DNA from: an uncultured Acidobacteriota bacterium | GTDB taxonomy: Bacteria > Acidobacteriota > Thermoanaerobaculia > Multivoradales > UBA5704 | DNA length: 64,000 bases | Assembly: GCA_963770895.1 (NCBI GenBank) | Contig: CAVYRF010000002.1 | Location: forward strand, 2,336,001 to 2,400,000 | Direction of reading: 5' to 3' | Part shown: piece by piece, positions 27,256-36,106 of the stretch | How positions within the stretch are numbered: position 1 is the stretch's first letter | Layout: the number at the start of each line of letters is the position of its first letter | The notes under the pieces: generated by a model | The model's input: the letters and a program-made list of their open reading frames with translations, nothing else | Told to the model about the DNA's origin: nothing | Database searches by the model: none | Program-made: the position numbers and the translations under genes

Positions 27256-29988
27256 CTAGGGGTAATATCCGCGCGCCGTGCGGGCCTTGAGGCCCGGCTT
27301 GAGCATCTTGACGTCGATCTGCCGGAAACCGGAGCTGCCCGCCGTCACGTTGGATTGGAACGCCAGCAGGTAGCGGCTGCGCAGCTCGCGTTCGATCTCG
27401 CCGTAGATGCCCGCCAGCTCCTCCGCCTTGCTGACGAAGAAGACGCGGCCGCCGGTCGAGTCGGTGAGGCGCTTGAGCTTGCCGCGGATGCCGACGTAGC
27501 GCACCGGGATGTTGAGGCCGATGACGTAGATCGCGACGCCGCTGCGTTCGGCGAACTCGAAGGCCTCTTCGAAGCTCAGCTGGCTGCTGGTGTCGTCGCC
27601 GTCGGAGAGCAGCACCAGGGCGCGCTGGCCGTGGGTGCCGCGGTAGTAGAACAGGCTGTGCACCAGCGCGTCGTGGATCGAGGTGGCGCCGTCGGCCTGC
27701 AGGCGGGAGATCGACTCGGCCGCGGCGCGGGGATCGTCGGTGAGCGGCATGCGCAGGATCGGCGTGTCGGAAAACGTGAGCGTAAAGCACCGGTCGCCCC
27801 GCCGCACCATGCGCTCCAGGAAGCTGCCGGCGGCGCGCTGCGCCTCGCCCAGCGACGACGCCATCGAGCCCGAGGTATCGATCAGGATGCCCAGGGTCAG
27901 CGGCAGGTTCTCGACCAGCTGGAACTTTTGCAGCTTCTGCGGCTGGCCGCCTTCGAGCACCTGGAAATCGTCGGCGGTGAGGCCGTAGACCAGCTTGCCC
28001 GCGCCGTCCGTGACGGTGGTGTAGAGCTCCACCAGGCTGACCGCCATCTCTTCGACGAACTGCGGCGAACGCAGGAAGCGCACGTCTTCCGCCCGGCTGC
28101 CGTCGTCCAGCTGCGCCGACACCGTGAGGTACAGGGTGTCGCCCTCCTTCGGCAGCTCGACGTTCGTTTCCCAGGGCGGCTGGGTGAGCTTTGCCACCAC
28201 CGTGTCGTTGAGCCGGAATTCCACCTGCTCGACGCGCTTTTCGGATGGCACGGTGACGTCGGCCACCGCCCGCACGCGGCCGGGGGCCGGCCGCGTGCCG
28301 CGCGCCGGGGAGGTGATCGCCACCGCCAGGCTGCCGTGCGGCTGGTTGACGACGATCTCGTCCGACTGCACCAGCTTGCCGCCGGCGTCGAAGCCGTCCA
28401 CGCGCACCACCTGCTCGGCCGGCAGCCGGTTGAGCCGCAGCTCGACGGAGTAGGGCGGGCTGGCGCGCGAGTACTGGACCTTGCCGTCGACCAGAAACGC
28501 CACTCGGACGATGCGCTTGCCGGTGATCAGCGCCTCGGCGCGCCACAGGCCGAACACCACGTCGTCGGGAGGCAGGATCTTGATCGAATCCTTGTCCACC
28601 GCTTCGGGCGCCGGCAGGGGCTGACGCTTCGCCGCCGCCCCGGTGGGCAGCGCCGGCGCCAGGCTCTGCGCCAGCTGCGACAGGCCCAGCGAGGTCGGCT
28701 CTCCCGGCACGATGAAGCCGCGCGCCACCAGTACTTCGGCGCCGCTGCCTTCGTCGTGGATCTTCAAGCGCATGACGAAGGGGCGGTGCGGGCGCAGCTC
28801 GCGGTCGATGTCGAGCGCCACCGGCTGCCCCGCCGCGGGAGCCGGCAGCCGGAAGCGCAACCGGAAGCTCTCGAAAATCTGGCCGCTGTTTTCGATCGCA
28901 CCTTCGACCGTGAGGCTGACCACCTGCGGCTTGCCGGCACTGCCCGCCGCGGCCGCCGGATTGGCCGCCGGCGCGGTGTGGCTGCCCGCGGCCGCCGGCG
29001 CGGCGGCGGCGCCGGGGGAGTCGCTGGCGCCGGCATCCTGGTCGGCATCGACCCTGCCGGTGGGCACGACCAGCACGATGGCGCGGGCCACCAGGCGCAG
29101 CCCGGACCGTTCGGGAAACGCCAGCTCGACGCGCGGCTCGGCGAGCGCCGGCGGCCCTGCCGGCAGCGTCGTCGCCGCCGCCTTGCGGGCCCACTGCGCG
29201 AGGTCGGCAGGCGGATCCAACAGCCCCTCGCCCTGGCCGTCGGGGCGCATGCCATAGTCGCGGTGCGCCGTCTGCATCGCTTCCTTCTCTTTGCGCCGCT
29301 TGCCGCTCAGCCCGCTGATGCCGGTGACCTGGTCCACCAGCCGCGCCTCCTTGCACAGCCGCAGGTCCAGGCGCCCGCCGTCCAACTGCTCGAGCCAGTA
29401 CTGCATCTCGGAGCTGTACAGGTCGCGCTTGTCGTCGGACTCGGTCCAGGCGCGGTACGGCTCGCCCTCGCTGGGCCGATACAGCACCAGGCTGCCGCGC
29501 CGCTCATCGGCCGCGGCGCCGGCGCCGTAGCTCCACACCTCCAGCGGTTTGAACGTCGTGCCGCAGTCGAGGATGGTGCGCTTGACCGGCGCCCCGTTGA
29601 GGAACAGCAGCTGCGCCCGCACGTCCTCGGGCGACACGAACTGCTGGTTTGCCAGCCGCAGGCGCCGTGCGATGCCCTCCTTGAGGTTCGCCGTGCTGTC
29701 GCCGTTGGGCGCGCGCGCCAGAAATTCGTCGATCCAGCGCTGCCGCGCGCCGACGTCCATGTGGGAGAGCGCCGTGCGCTGCTCGTCGCCGAGCAGCAGC
29801 TGCGGCCCATCCTGAAAGAAGGCGCGTTGCGGCTCGGGCCACTGCACCGGGTCGTCCTGCGCCGCCGGTGCCGGCGGCACCGCGGCCTCCGCCAGGGCGG
29901 CGGAGCGGGCCGACCGGACGGCAGGGCTGGCAGGCAGACAGAAGATCAGGGATGCGAGGAGCGGCAAACAGATTGCGGAATTTTTCAC
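27256..29988 (-). CDS. Secreted protein with degenerate GWxTD-like domain, Ig-like region and C-terminal VWA domain
   Basis: Signal peptide; LIDTSGSM MIDAS motif, LSDGDDT, STGG, LRSRYLLAF, ARGYYP. Start uncertain (GTG 29988 or 30021). Confidence 0.82.
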   Translation of the reverse strand: MKNSAICLPLLASLIFCLPASPAVRSARSAALAEAAVPPAPAAQDDPVQWPEPQRAFFQDGPQLLLGDEQRTALSHMDVGARQRWIDEFLARAPNGDSTANLKEGIARRLRLANQQFVSPEDVRAQLLFLNGAPVKRTILDCGTTFKPLEVWSYGAGAAADERRGSLVLYRPSEGEPYRAWTESDDKRDLYSSEMQYWLEQLDGGRLDLRLCKEARLVDQVTGISGLSGKRRKEKEAMQTAHRDYGMRPDGQGEGLLDPPADLAQWARKAAATTLPAGPPALAEPRVELAFPERSGLRLVARAIVLVVPTGRVDADQDAGASDSPGAAAAPAAAGSHTAPAANPAAAAGSAGKPQVVSLTVEGAIENSGQIFESFRLRFRLPAPAAGQPVALDIDRELRPHRPFVMRLKIHDEGSGAEVLVARGFIVPGEPTSLGLSQLAQSLAPALPTGAAAKRQPLPAPEAVDKDSIKILPPDDVVFGLWRAEALITGKRIVRVAFLVDGKVQYSRASPPYSVELRLNRLPAEQVVRVDGFDAGGKLVQSDEIVVNQPHGSLAVAITSPARGTRPAPGRVRAVADVTVPSEKRVEQVEFRLNDTVVAKLTQPPWETNVELPKEGDTLYLTVSAQLDDGSRAEDVRFLRSPQFVEEMAVSLVELYTTVTDGAGKLVYGLTADDFQVLEGGQPQKLQKFQLVENLPLTLGILIDTSGSMASSLGEAQRAAGSFLERMVRRGDRCFTLTFSDTPILRMPLTDDPRAAAESISRLQADGATSIHDALVHSLFYYRGTHGQRALVLLSDGDDTSSQLSFEEAFEFAERSGVAIYVIGLNIPVRYVGIRGKLKRLTDSTGGRVFFVSKAEELAGIYGEIERELRSRYLLAFQSNVTAGSSGFRQIDVKMLKPGLKARTARGYYP

Positions 29989-30077
29989 GTCAGCCAGTAT
30001 CGCACGCCTGCCCGGCTGCACGGTAGAGGGTAGGCCGATCCTCTGCCGCGTCAGAATTGCCGCCTCTGGACGCCAGG

Positions 30078-30100
30078 GGGGCGCCGCCGGGCGGCGCCCC
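30078..30100. terminator. GC-rich hairpin downstream of the Cys-rich peptide gene
   Basis: GGGGCGCCGC-CGG-GCGGCGCCCC perfect stem. No clear U-tract after it on the minus strand. Confidence 0.4.
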
Positions 30101-30133
30101 TGCCAAAACAGCGTCAGGCTCTGGCCAGGCTGG

Positions 30134-30340
30134 TCAGCCTGCGCAGGCTTTGAGGCAGTTGGTCTCGATGGCGTCGCAGTTCTGGATGCAGGTCTGGTTG
30201 CCCTTGCACGCGGTTATGCAGGTGCCCGCCTGAAACCAGCAGTTGTCGATGCACATGGTTGCCGCCTTGGCCTGGCTGCGGCCTGCCAGTGCGATCAGCA
30301 CCACCATCAAACCCAGAAGCAGCCTACGAAGTTTCCTCAT
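30134..30340 (-). CDS. Small secreted Cys-rich peptide with four CxxxC motifs
   Basis: GGAGGAG RBS; MRKLRRLLLGLMVVLIALAGRSQAKA signal; mature region C-x3-C-x6-C-x3-C-x5-C-x3-C-x6-C-x3-C. Confidence 0.8.
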   Translation of the reverse strand: MRKLRRLLLGLMVVLIALAGRSQAKAATMCIDNCWFQAGTCITACKGNQTCIQNCDAIETNCLKACAG

Positions 30341-30454
30341 CACTCCTCCAGTCTTATGAAACCTGCGCGGCGCATTGTATGCGCAATGAGTCTGTGCGCA
30401 ATGACAGGGAAGCGACGCTGCGGGAGGCTGCGGATTGTCTCGCCGCGGGTAGCA

Positions 30455-31861
30455 CTAGCGGGGGTCGGGGCTCGCCGGCGTCGCGAAGCCGCGCCGGCGC
30501 AGCAGGGCGACGACGCGCGGCGAGCCGATCGTCTCGGGCGCTTCCCCCCAGCGGTTGATCGACTCTGCCCGCCGTGCGCCGGCGTCGAGCAGCAGCTCGA
30601 CCACCGTGCAGTAGTCGTCGTCCGCCTTGCGGCAGTGCCTGGACCCGTGCACCGCCCAGGCCAGCGGCGAGCTGCCGAAGGCGCTGTCGCGCGGATCGAG
30701 CGGGGCGCCCAGCTCCACCAGGACCCGCACCGTGTCCGGCCTGCCCATCCAGGCGGCGGCGTGCAGCGGCGTGCCGCTGCCCCGCCGCTCCGTCGCCAGG
30801 TCGAAGCGCAGCGCCGCCATCAGGCGCACGGCGTCGGCGCGCCCCTGCTCGGCGGCCAGCGTCACGACCGATCGATCCTCGGCATCGAGCTCGGCGAGCA
30901 GCGCGGGATCGCGCTCCAGGAGCGCGCGCGCCGCGGCTTCGTCGGCGCGCAGGCAGGCGCCCAGCAGCTGGTCGCGCGGGGTCAGCCGGGTGGTGTCGGC
31001 GCCGCGCGCGGCCAGCACGTCGGCGATCGCGAAGCTGCCGCAGCGCACGGCCAGGACGTAGGCGGTGCGGCCGTCGGCACGCGGCTGGTCGATCCTGGCG
31101 CCGTAATCGAGCAGCATCCTGGCCGCCTGCCGCGAGCGGCCGCCCCTGGCGAAGGCGTGCAGCGGCGTCTCGTCGCCGGCGCCGCTCGCGACGTTGGGGT
31201 CGGCGCCGTGCGTCAGCAGCCACCGCATGCCGCGCGTCGCCGCGGCGCAGCCGGCATGGGGCTCCTTGTAGCCGGCCAGGAAATACAGCGGCGTGTTGTC
31301 GTACGGCGCCTGCCGGCTGCTGACGTCGGCGCCGTGATCGAGCAGGGCCTGCAGGCAGTCCCGATGATCGAGCTGGGCCGCGTGGTAGACCGATTCGCAG
31401 TCGTCGGGTTGCGCGCCATGTTCGAGCAGCGTGCGCACCACGGCGGCGTTGCCCGCCCAGCAGGCGCGAAACAGCGCCGGCAGCTTGCACGGCGTGCCGC
31501 CGTCGTCCTCAAACGTGTGGGTATTGGCATCCGCTCCGGCCGCGAGCAGCATGTCGACGCAGCGGCGGATGTCGCGCGCTGCCGCGGCGCCCAGGCGATG
31601 CAGCGGCGAAGCGCAGGCGTAGAGGATCGGTTGCCAGCCGTCGTCGGCATGCGCCGCCGTGGCCGCGGCCGGGTCCGCGGCCAGGATCTCGCCCAGGCGC
31701 CGCGGGCGTCCGGCGGCGCAAACGCTCCACACGTCGACCTCCGCGGCGGCCGGCCAGCGCTGGACGATGCGCTCCGCCAGGCGCCGATCGCCCGCGCGCA
31801 CCGCCGCCAGCAGGCGCTCGCCGTGGAAGGCGGGCGGCTGGCGATCTTCGATCCTTGTCAT
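30455..31861 (-). CDS. Ankyrin-repeat protein
   Basis: Repeats LLAAGADAN, LLEHGAQPD, LLDHGADVS, TPLH..LLDYGARID, GTPLHAAAW..G. Confidence 0.88.
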   Translation of the reverse strand: MTRIEDRQPPAFHGERLLAAVRAGDRRLAERIVQRWPAAAEVDVWSVCAAGRPRRLGEILAADPAAATAAHADDGWQPILYACASPLHRLGAAAARDIRRCVDMLLAAGADANTHTFEDDGGTPCKLPALFRACWAGNAAVVRTLLEHGAQPDDCESVYHAAQLDHRDCLQALLDHGADVSSRQAPYDNTPLYFLAGYKEPHAGCAAATRGMRWLLTHGADPNVASGAGDETPLHAFARGGRSRQAARMLLDYGARIDQPRADGRTAYVLAVRCGSFAIADVLAARGADTTRLTPRDQLLGACLRADEAAARALLERDPALLAELDAEDRSVVTLAAEQGRADAVRLMAALRFDLATERRGSGTPLHAAAWMGRPDTVRVLVELGAPLDPRDSAFGSSPLAWAVHGSRHCRKADDDYCTVVELLLDAGARRAESINRWGEAPETIGSPRVVALLRRRGFATPASPDPR

Positions 31862-31941
31862 CAGGTTTCATCCGGCTTGCCGCGAATCGGCGCCGGTATT
31901 TGGCGGCGGAGCGGCGAGCGATTAGACTGTGGGCTCGCATT

Positions 31942-33057
31942 ATGCCGCGACATCTGCGCAATACGCCGATACACGACTGGGAAGCTGGGGACGCGGTGCA
32001 GGGCTACGCGCTGCTCACCAAGAAGGAGCTGCGCCAGGACCGCAACGGCAAGAGCTATCTGGACATGGAGCTGGCCGACTCCAGCGGTTCGATCGTCGCC
32101 AAGGTGTGGGCGGACAGCCCGGCGCTGCACGGCCAGTTCGAGCTGCACCGGTTCATCGCCTTCAAGGGCACGGTCAAGAGTTACCGCGAGCAGCTGCAGC
32201 TGACCATCGACGACTGCCGCGAAGCGGTCGAAGACGACCGGCGGCTGGGCTTCGACGAAGCGCTGCTGGTGCCTTCGACGCGCGAAAACATCGACGACCT
32301 GTGGCTGCGCTTGACGACGCTGCTGGAGGTGGAGGTGGACCGCCCGGTGCTGCGGCGTCTGGCGGCGGAAACGCTGGCGCTGTTCGGCCCCGAGCTGCGC
32401 GAGCATCCCGCCGCCAAGTCGATGCATCACGCCTACCGCGGCGGCCTGCTCGAGCACGTGGTGTCGATGGCGGAGCTGGCGGTCGCGGTGTGCCGCCATT
32501 ATCGCGACCTGGACCGCGACCTGATTCTGCTGGGCGTGCTGTTCCACGACCTGGGCAAGCTGCGCGAGCTGGGCGCCATGCCGGTCAACGACTACACCCT
32601 GGAGGGGCGCCTGATCGGCCACGTGGTCCTGGGGCGCGATCTGCTGCGCGAGCGCTGCGCCGCGATCGCCGACTTCCCCGACGACCTGCGCCTGCTGCTG
32701 GAGCACCTGGTGCTGTCGCACCAGGGCAAGAAGGAATTCAGCTCGCCGGTGGAACCGATGACGCTGGAAGCGGTGACGCTGCACTTCATCGACGACCTGG
32801 ACGCCAAGCTCAACCAGCTGCGCATCGCCCGCGAAAGCTCGCCGGGAATGCTGTACCACCGAGGTCTGGCGCGCTTCGTCTACCTGCCTTCGCCCGACCG
32901 CGAGAGCCCGCCGCCTCCCGATCCGGGCGACGCCGCCGCCGATGGCGCCCCGGCGCCGACCCAGACCGCGCTGTTCAGCGAGGGCGCCGCCGCGGCGCCG
33001 TCGCCGTTACCAGCGGACCTGGTACAGCATCCAGTAAACGACCACACCCGTCACTGA
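31942..33057 (+). CDS. yhaM: 3'-5' exoribonuclease YhaM/Cbf1 (OB fold + HD domain)
   Basis: GKSYL..LADSSGSI (OB fold); PAAKSMHHAYRGGLLEH, FHDLGK, GRLIGH, SHQG, HFIDDLDAK. Confidence 0.9.
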   Translation: MPRHLRNTPIHDWEAGDAVQGYALLTKKELRQDRNGKSYLDMELADSSGSIVAKVWADSPALHGQFELHRFIAFKGTVKSYREQLQLTIDDCREAVEDDRRLGFDEALLVPSTRENIDDLWLRLTTLLEVEVDRPVLRRLAAETLALFGPELREHPAAKSMHHAYRGGLLEHVVSMAELAVAVCRHYRDLDRDLILLGVLFHDLGKLRELGAMPVNDYTLEGRLIGHVVLGRDLLRERCAAIADFPDDLRLLLEHLVLSHQGKKEFSSPVEPMTLEAVTLHFIDDLDAKLNQLRIARESSPGMLYHRGLARFVYLPSPDRESPPPPDPGDAAADGAPAPTQTALFSEGAAAAPSPLPADLVQHPVNDHTRH

Positions 33058-33429
33058 CACGTACATCCAGATCGGCAGCGTCCAGCGGGCGATCCGCCGG
33101 TGCTGGTCGAAGCGCTGGCGCAGCGCGCGGCTGAGGGTGATCAGCGCCAGCACCGGCACCGTCGCGGCCAGCAGCGTGTGGCTGATCAGCACCGTGAAGT
33201 ACAGGGTGCGCCAGCCGCCGGTGCCGGGAAAGTGCACCGACCCCACCTGTGCGTGGTAGATCAGGTACGAGGTCAGAAAGATCGTCGAACAGACCAGCGC
33301 CGCGATCATCACGTTGCGGTGGGCGATCCGGCGACGGTTGCGGATCAGCAGGAAGCCGGTGGCGAGCAGGACGGCGGCGATGGCGTTGAGCGTGGCGTTG
33401 AGCGCCGGCAGATCGTGCAGGTGGAGCAT
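33007..33429 (-). CDS. DUF420 membrane protein (CtaM/YozB-like, oxidase assembly)
   Basis: LPALNATLN, H..VM, LISHTLLA, HRRIARWTLPIWMYVSVTGVVVYWMLY; adjacent to SCO and cyoE. Confidence 0.9.
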   Translation of the reverse strand: MLHLHDLPALNATLNAIAAVLLATGFLLIRNRRRIAHRNVMIAALVCSTIFLTSYLIYHAQVGSVHFPGTGGWRTLYFTVLISHTLLAATVPVLALITLSRALRQRFDQHRRIARWTLPIWMYVSVTGVVVYWMLYQVRW

Positions 33430-33493
33430 GGCTGGTTTCGGCGGGTGCCTTTTCGCTGGTCTGGGATCGGTGGCGTCGGGGCCGGCGCCTTGC

Positions 33494-34177
33494 TCAGGCC
33501 GGCGGCGGCGCTGTGGCGGCGAGCGCCTGCGCGTCGGCGGTCAGGCGGGCGAGCGATGGCGCATCGAGCCCTTGATAGTAGCCGCGGACGATGCCCCCGG
33601 CATCCACCAGCACGAAGCGGGTGCTGTGCAGGACGGCTTCCGCGGGCGCCGCCATGCCGCCGCCACCGCCGGGCTCCAGGGCCAGCTTGAATCCATCGCG
33701 CGACAGGCTCTGCATCGTCCGCGGCGGTCCGGTCAGAAAGAGCCAGCGCGGGCTGGCGCCAAAGGACCGCGCATAGGCGGCCAGCACCGGCGCCGTGTCG
33801 TAGGCCGGATCGACGCTGAACGACACCAGGCGGATGCCTGGCTTTGCCTGGCTTGCCGGTTGCGCCGTGCCGGCCGCCGCCGCCGGCAGCGCGCGGTCCA
33901 GGCGCGCCATCTGGGCGCTGAGCAGCGGGCACGACGAGCCGCAGCGGGTGAAGACAAAATCGGCGATCCAGGGCGCCCCGGCCAGGTCGGCCAAGCGAAC
34001 CGTGGTGCCGTCGCGGTTGGTCAGCGCGAAATCCGGCACGCGCCCCAGCCGGGGCAGCGCCGCCGCCGCAGCGCCCGCGTCGCGCGCGCGCTGTTGGTAG
34101 ACCGCGGCGACGCCCACGCCGGCGAGCACCGCCAGCAGCAGGCCCCACAGCGCAAGCCGCAGCCAGCCGCGCGACAC
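33494..34177 (-). CDS. SCO1/SenC copper chaperone
   Basis: N-terminal TM; FVFTRCGSSCP (CxxxC), SVDPAYDT, HSTRFVLVD. Confidence 0.92.
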   Translation of the reverse strand: MSRGWLRLALWGLLLAVLAGVGVAAVYQQRARDAGAAAAALPRLGRVPDFALTNRDGTTVRLADLAGAPWIADFVFTRCGSSCPLLSAQMARLDRALPAAAAGTAQPASQAKPGIRLVSFSVDPAYDTAPVLAAYARSFGASPRWLFLTGPPRTMQSLSRDGFKLALEPGGGGGMAAPAEAVLHSTRFVLVDAGGIVRGYYQGLDAPSLARLTADAQALAATAPPPA

Positions 34178-34181
34178 CGGC

Positions 34182-35165
34182 TTATCCCACCAGGCGCTCG
34201 ACCAGCATGACGCCCAGCAGCGCCGGCAGGTAGAGCAGCGAGGCGAGCATCAGGCGCCGGGCGCGCACCGTCGAGCGCTGGCGGGCGAAGGCCAGGGCAA
34301 AGCCCAGGTAGGCCACCCCGAGCGCCAGGGCGCCGGCGAAATAGATGCGCCCGGTCAGGTTGAGCAGCGACGGCAGCAGGCTCACCGGCACCAGGGCGGC
34401 GCCGTAGAGCACGCTCTGCCGCCCGGTCCAGGTGCCGTCCGGATCGACCACCGGCAGCATGGGGAAGCCGCCGCGCGCGTAGTCTTCCCGGCACAGCCAG
34501 GCGATCGCCAGGAAGTGCGGCATCTGCCAGAAGAACAGGATGCCGAAAAGCGCCCAGGCACCCAGGTCCACCTGCCCGCGCACCGCGCACCAGCCCATCA
34601 TCGGCGGCAGCGCGCCCGGCACCGCGCCCACCACGGTCGCCAGCGAGCTGATCTTTTTGAGCGGCGTGTACACGAAGACGTAGCCGGCGAGCGCCACGGC
34701 GCCCAGCGCCGCGGTGAGCGCGTTGACCGCCAGGCTCAGCTCGACCAGGCCGGCGACCGCCACCACGACGCCCGCGAGCAGCGCCAGGTCGGCGTCGATG
34801 CGCCCCGCCGGCAGCGGCCGCGCCGCGGTGCGGCGCATGCGCGCGTCCGATTCGCGCTCCCAATACTGGTTGAGCATGGAAGCGCCCGAGGCCACCAGGC
34901 TGATGCCGACCAGGGTGGCGACCAGCTGCCAGGACAGCAGCTTGCCGCCGGCCAGCAGGAAGCCCAGCGCGCCGGTCAGCGCCACCATCAGGGTGATCTC
35001 CGGCTTGGCCATCTCCACCAGGTCGGCGAGCGCCAGCGGGCGGCCGGTCGCCGCCAGGGCCAGGCCCGGCGAGGTCATGGCCGGCATCACCGGCGTCGCC
35101 TGGGCTGCCGCGCCCGCCGCCGGCGAATGGGCGCCTGGCGCACGAGTTGCTTGTGGCTCCACCAT
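34182..35165 (-). CDS. cyoE: Protoheme IX farnesyltransferase (heme O synthase)
   Basis: NQYWERESDARMRRTAARPLP, YVFVYTPLK, GAVPGALPP, WQMPHF, EDYARGG. Confidence 0.95.
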   Translation of the reverse strand: MVEPQATRAPGAHSPAAGAAAQATPVMPAMTSPGLALAATGRPLALADLVEMAKPEITLMVALTGALGFLLAGGKLLSWQLVATLVGISLVASGASMLNQYWERESDARMRRTAARPLPAGRIDADLALLAGVVVAVAGLVELSLAVNALTAALGAVALAGYVFVYTPLKKISSLATVVGAVPGALPPMMGWCAVRGQVDLGAWALFGILFFWQMPHFLAIAWLCREDYARGGFPMLPVVDPDGTWTGRQSVLYGAALVPVSLLPSLLNLTGRIYFAGALALGVAYLGFALAFARQRSTVRARRLMLASLLYLPALLGVMLVERLVG

Positions 35166-35236
35166 GACGTCCGCGAGTCTAACACCAGCCCGGCGCGGGG
35201 CGGCGGGGCCGGTACAAAAGAGGAGTTGTCGACCGC

Positions 35237-35265
35237 TTGCGCCGGCTCGCGACGCCTGTTAGCAT
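35237..35265 (+). promoter_or_regulatory. Sigma70-type promoter for the act-cox operon
   Basis: TTGCGC-17 nt-TAGCAT with TG at the extended -10 position. Confidence 0.55.
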
Positions 35266-35272
35266 CCGGCGC

Positions 35273-35290
35273 TTGTGACGAGTTTCACAA
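35273..35290. promoter_or_regulatory. Rex-type (or CRP/FNR-type) operator TTGTGACGAGTTTCACAA
   Basis: One mismatch to the Rex consensus TTGTGAA-n4-TTCACAA; also matches TGTGA-N6-TCACA. Lies at the predicted +1. Confidence 0.7.
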
Positions 35291-35407
35291 ACTCCCGGCG
35301 GCGGGGCTTACCCGCGGGCGGAGCGGGCGCGTGTGCGCCGCAGCGCCCGACCGGCCAGTTCGGCCGTTAACCGCCTTTACGGTCAGGTCCACAGGGTCAT
35401 CGGAGCC

Positions 35408-36064
35408 ATGCAGACCTTCCACCATAGCGCCAACTCGATCGCCAAGCTCAGCATCGTCGTCGTGGCCGCCGTGGTGGCCGTCCTGGGCTGGCTCGGCCTG
35501 GAGCTGTTCCGCGCGCCCTACACCACGCGTGAGGGCGAGGTTCAGGAGCAGCCGGTGGTGTTCAGCCACGAGCACCACGTCGCCGGGCTGGGCATCGACT
35601 GCCGCTACTGCCACACCTCGGTCGAAAAATCCAACTTCGCCGGGCTGCCGCCGTCGGCCACCTGCATGAACTGCCACCGCCAGATCTGGACCAACGCCGA
35701 TCTGCTGGCGCCGGTGCGCGAGAGCTACGCCACCAACAAGCCGCTGCGCTGGGCGCGCCTCAACGACCTGCCCGATTACGTCTACTTCAATCACAGCATT
35801 CACATCGCCAAGGGCATGGGCTGCGTTTCCTGCCACGGCGAGGTGGACAAGATGCCGTTGATGTACGCCAACGCGCCGCTGACCATGGAGTGGTGCCTGG
35901 ACTGCCACCGCAATCCGGCCAAGAACGTGCGTCCTCGCTCCGAGGTCTTCAATCTGCACTGGCAGCCGCCGGCAGACGGACAACGTGCCGCGGCGCTGCG
36001 TGCCGCGTTGGTCAAGGAGTACAAGATCCAATCTCTCACCAGCTGCTCGACCTGCCACCGCTAG
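35408..36064 (+). CDS. actA: Alternative complex III pentaheme cytochrome c subunit
   Basis: N-terminal TM; five CxxCH motifs (CRYCH, CMNCH, CVSCH, CLDCH, CSTCH); QPVVFSHEHH. Confidence 0.93.
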   Translation: MQTFHHSANSIAKLSIVVVAAVVAVLGWLGLELFRAPYTTREGEVQEQPVVFSHEHHVAGLGIDCRYCHTSVEKSNFAGLPPSATCMNCHRQIWTNADLLAPVRESYATNKPLRWARLNDLPDYVYFNHSIHIAKGMGCVSCHGEVDKMPLMYANAPLTMEWCLDCHRNPAKNVRPRSEVFNLHWQPPADGQRAAALRAALVKEYKIQSLTSCSTCHR

Positions 36065-36106
36065 CACGGCCGGCCGACAGCACGGGCTTTCCAGAAAGCG
36101 AGAACG

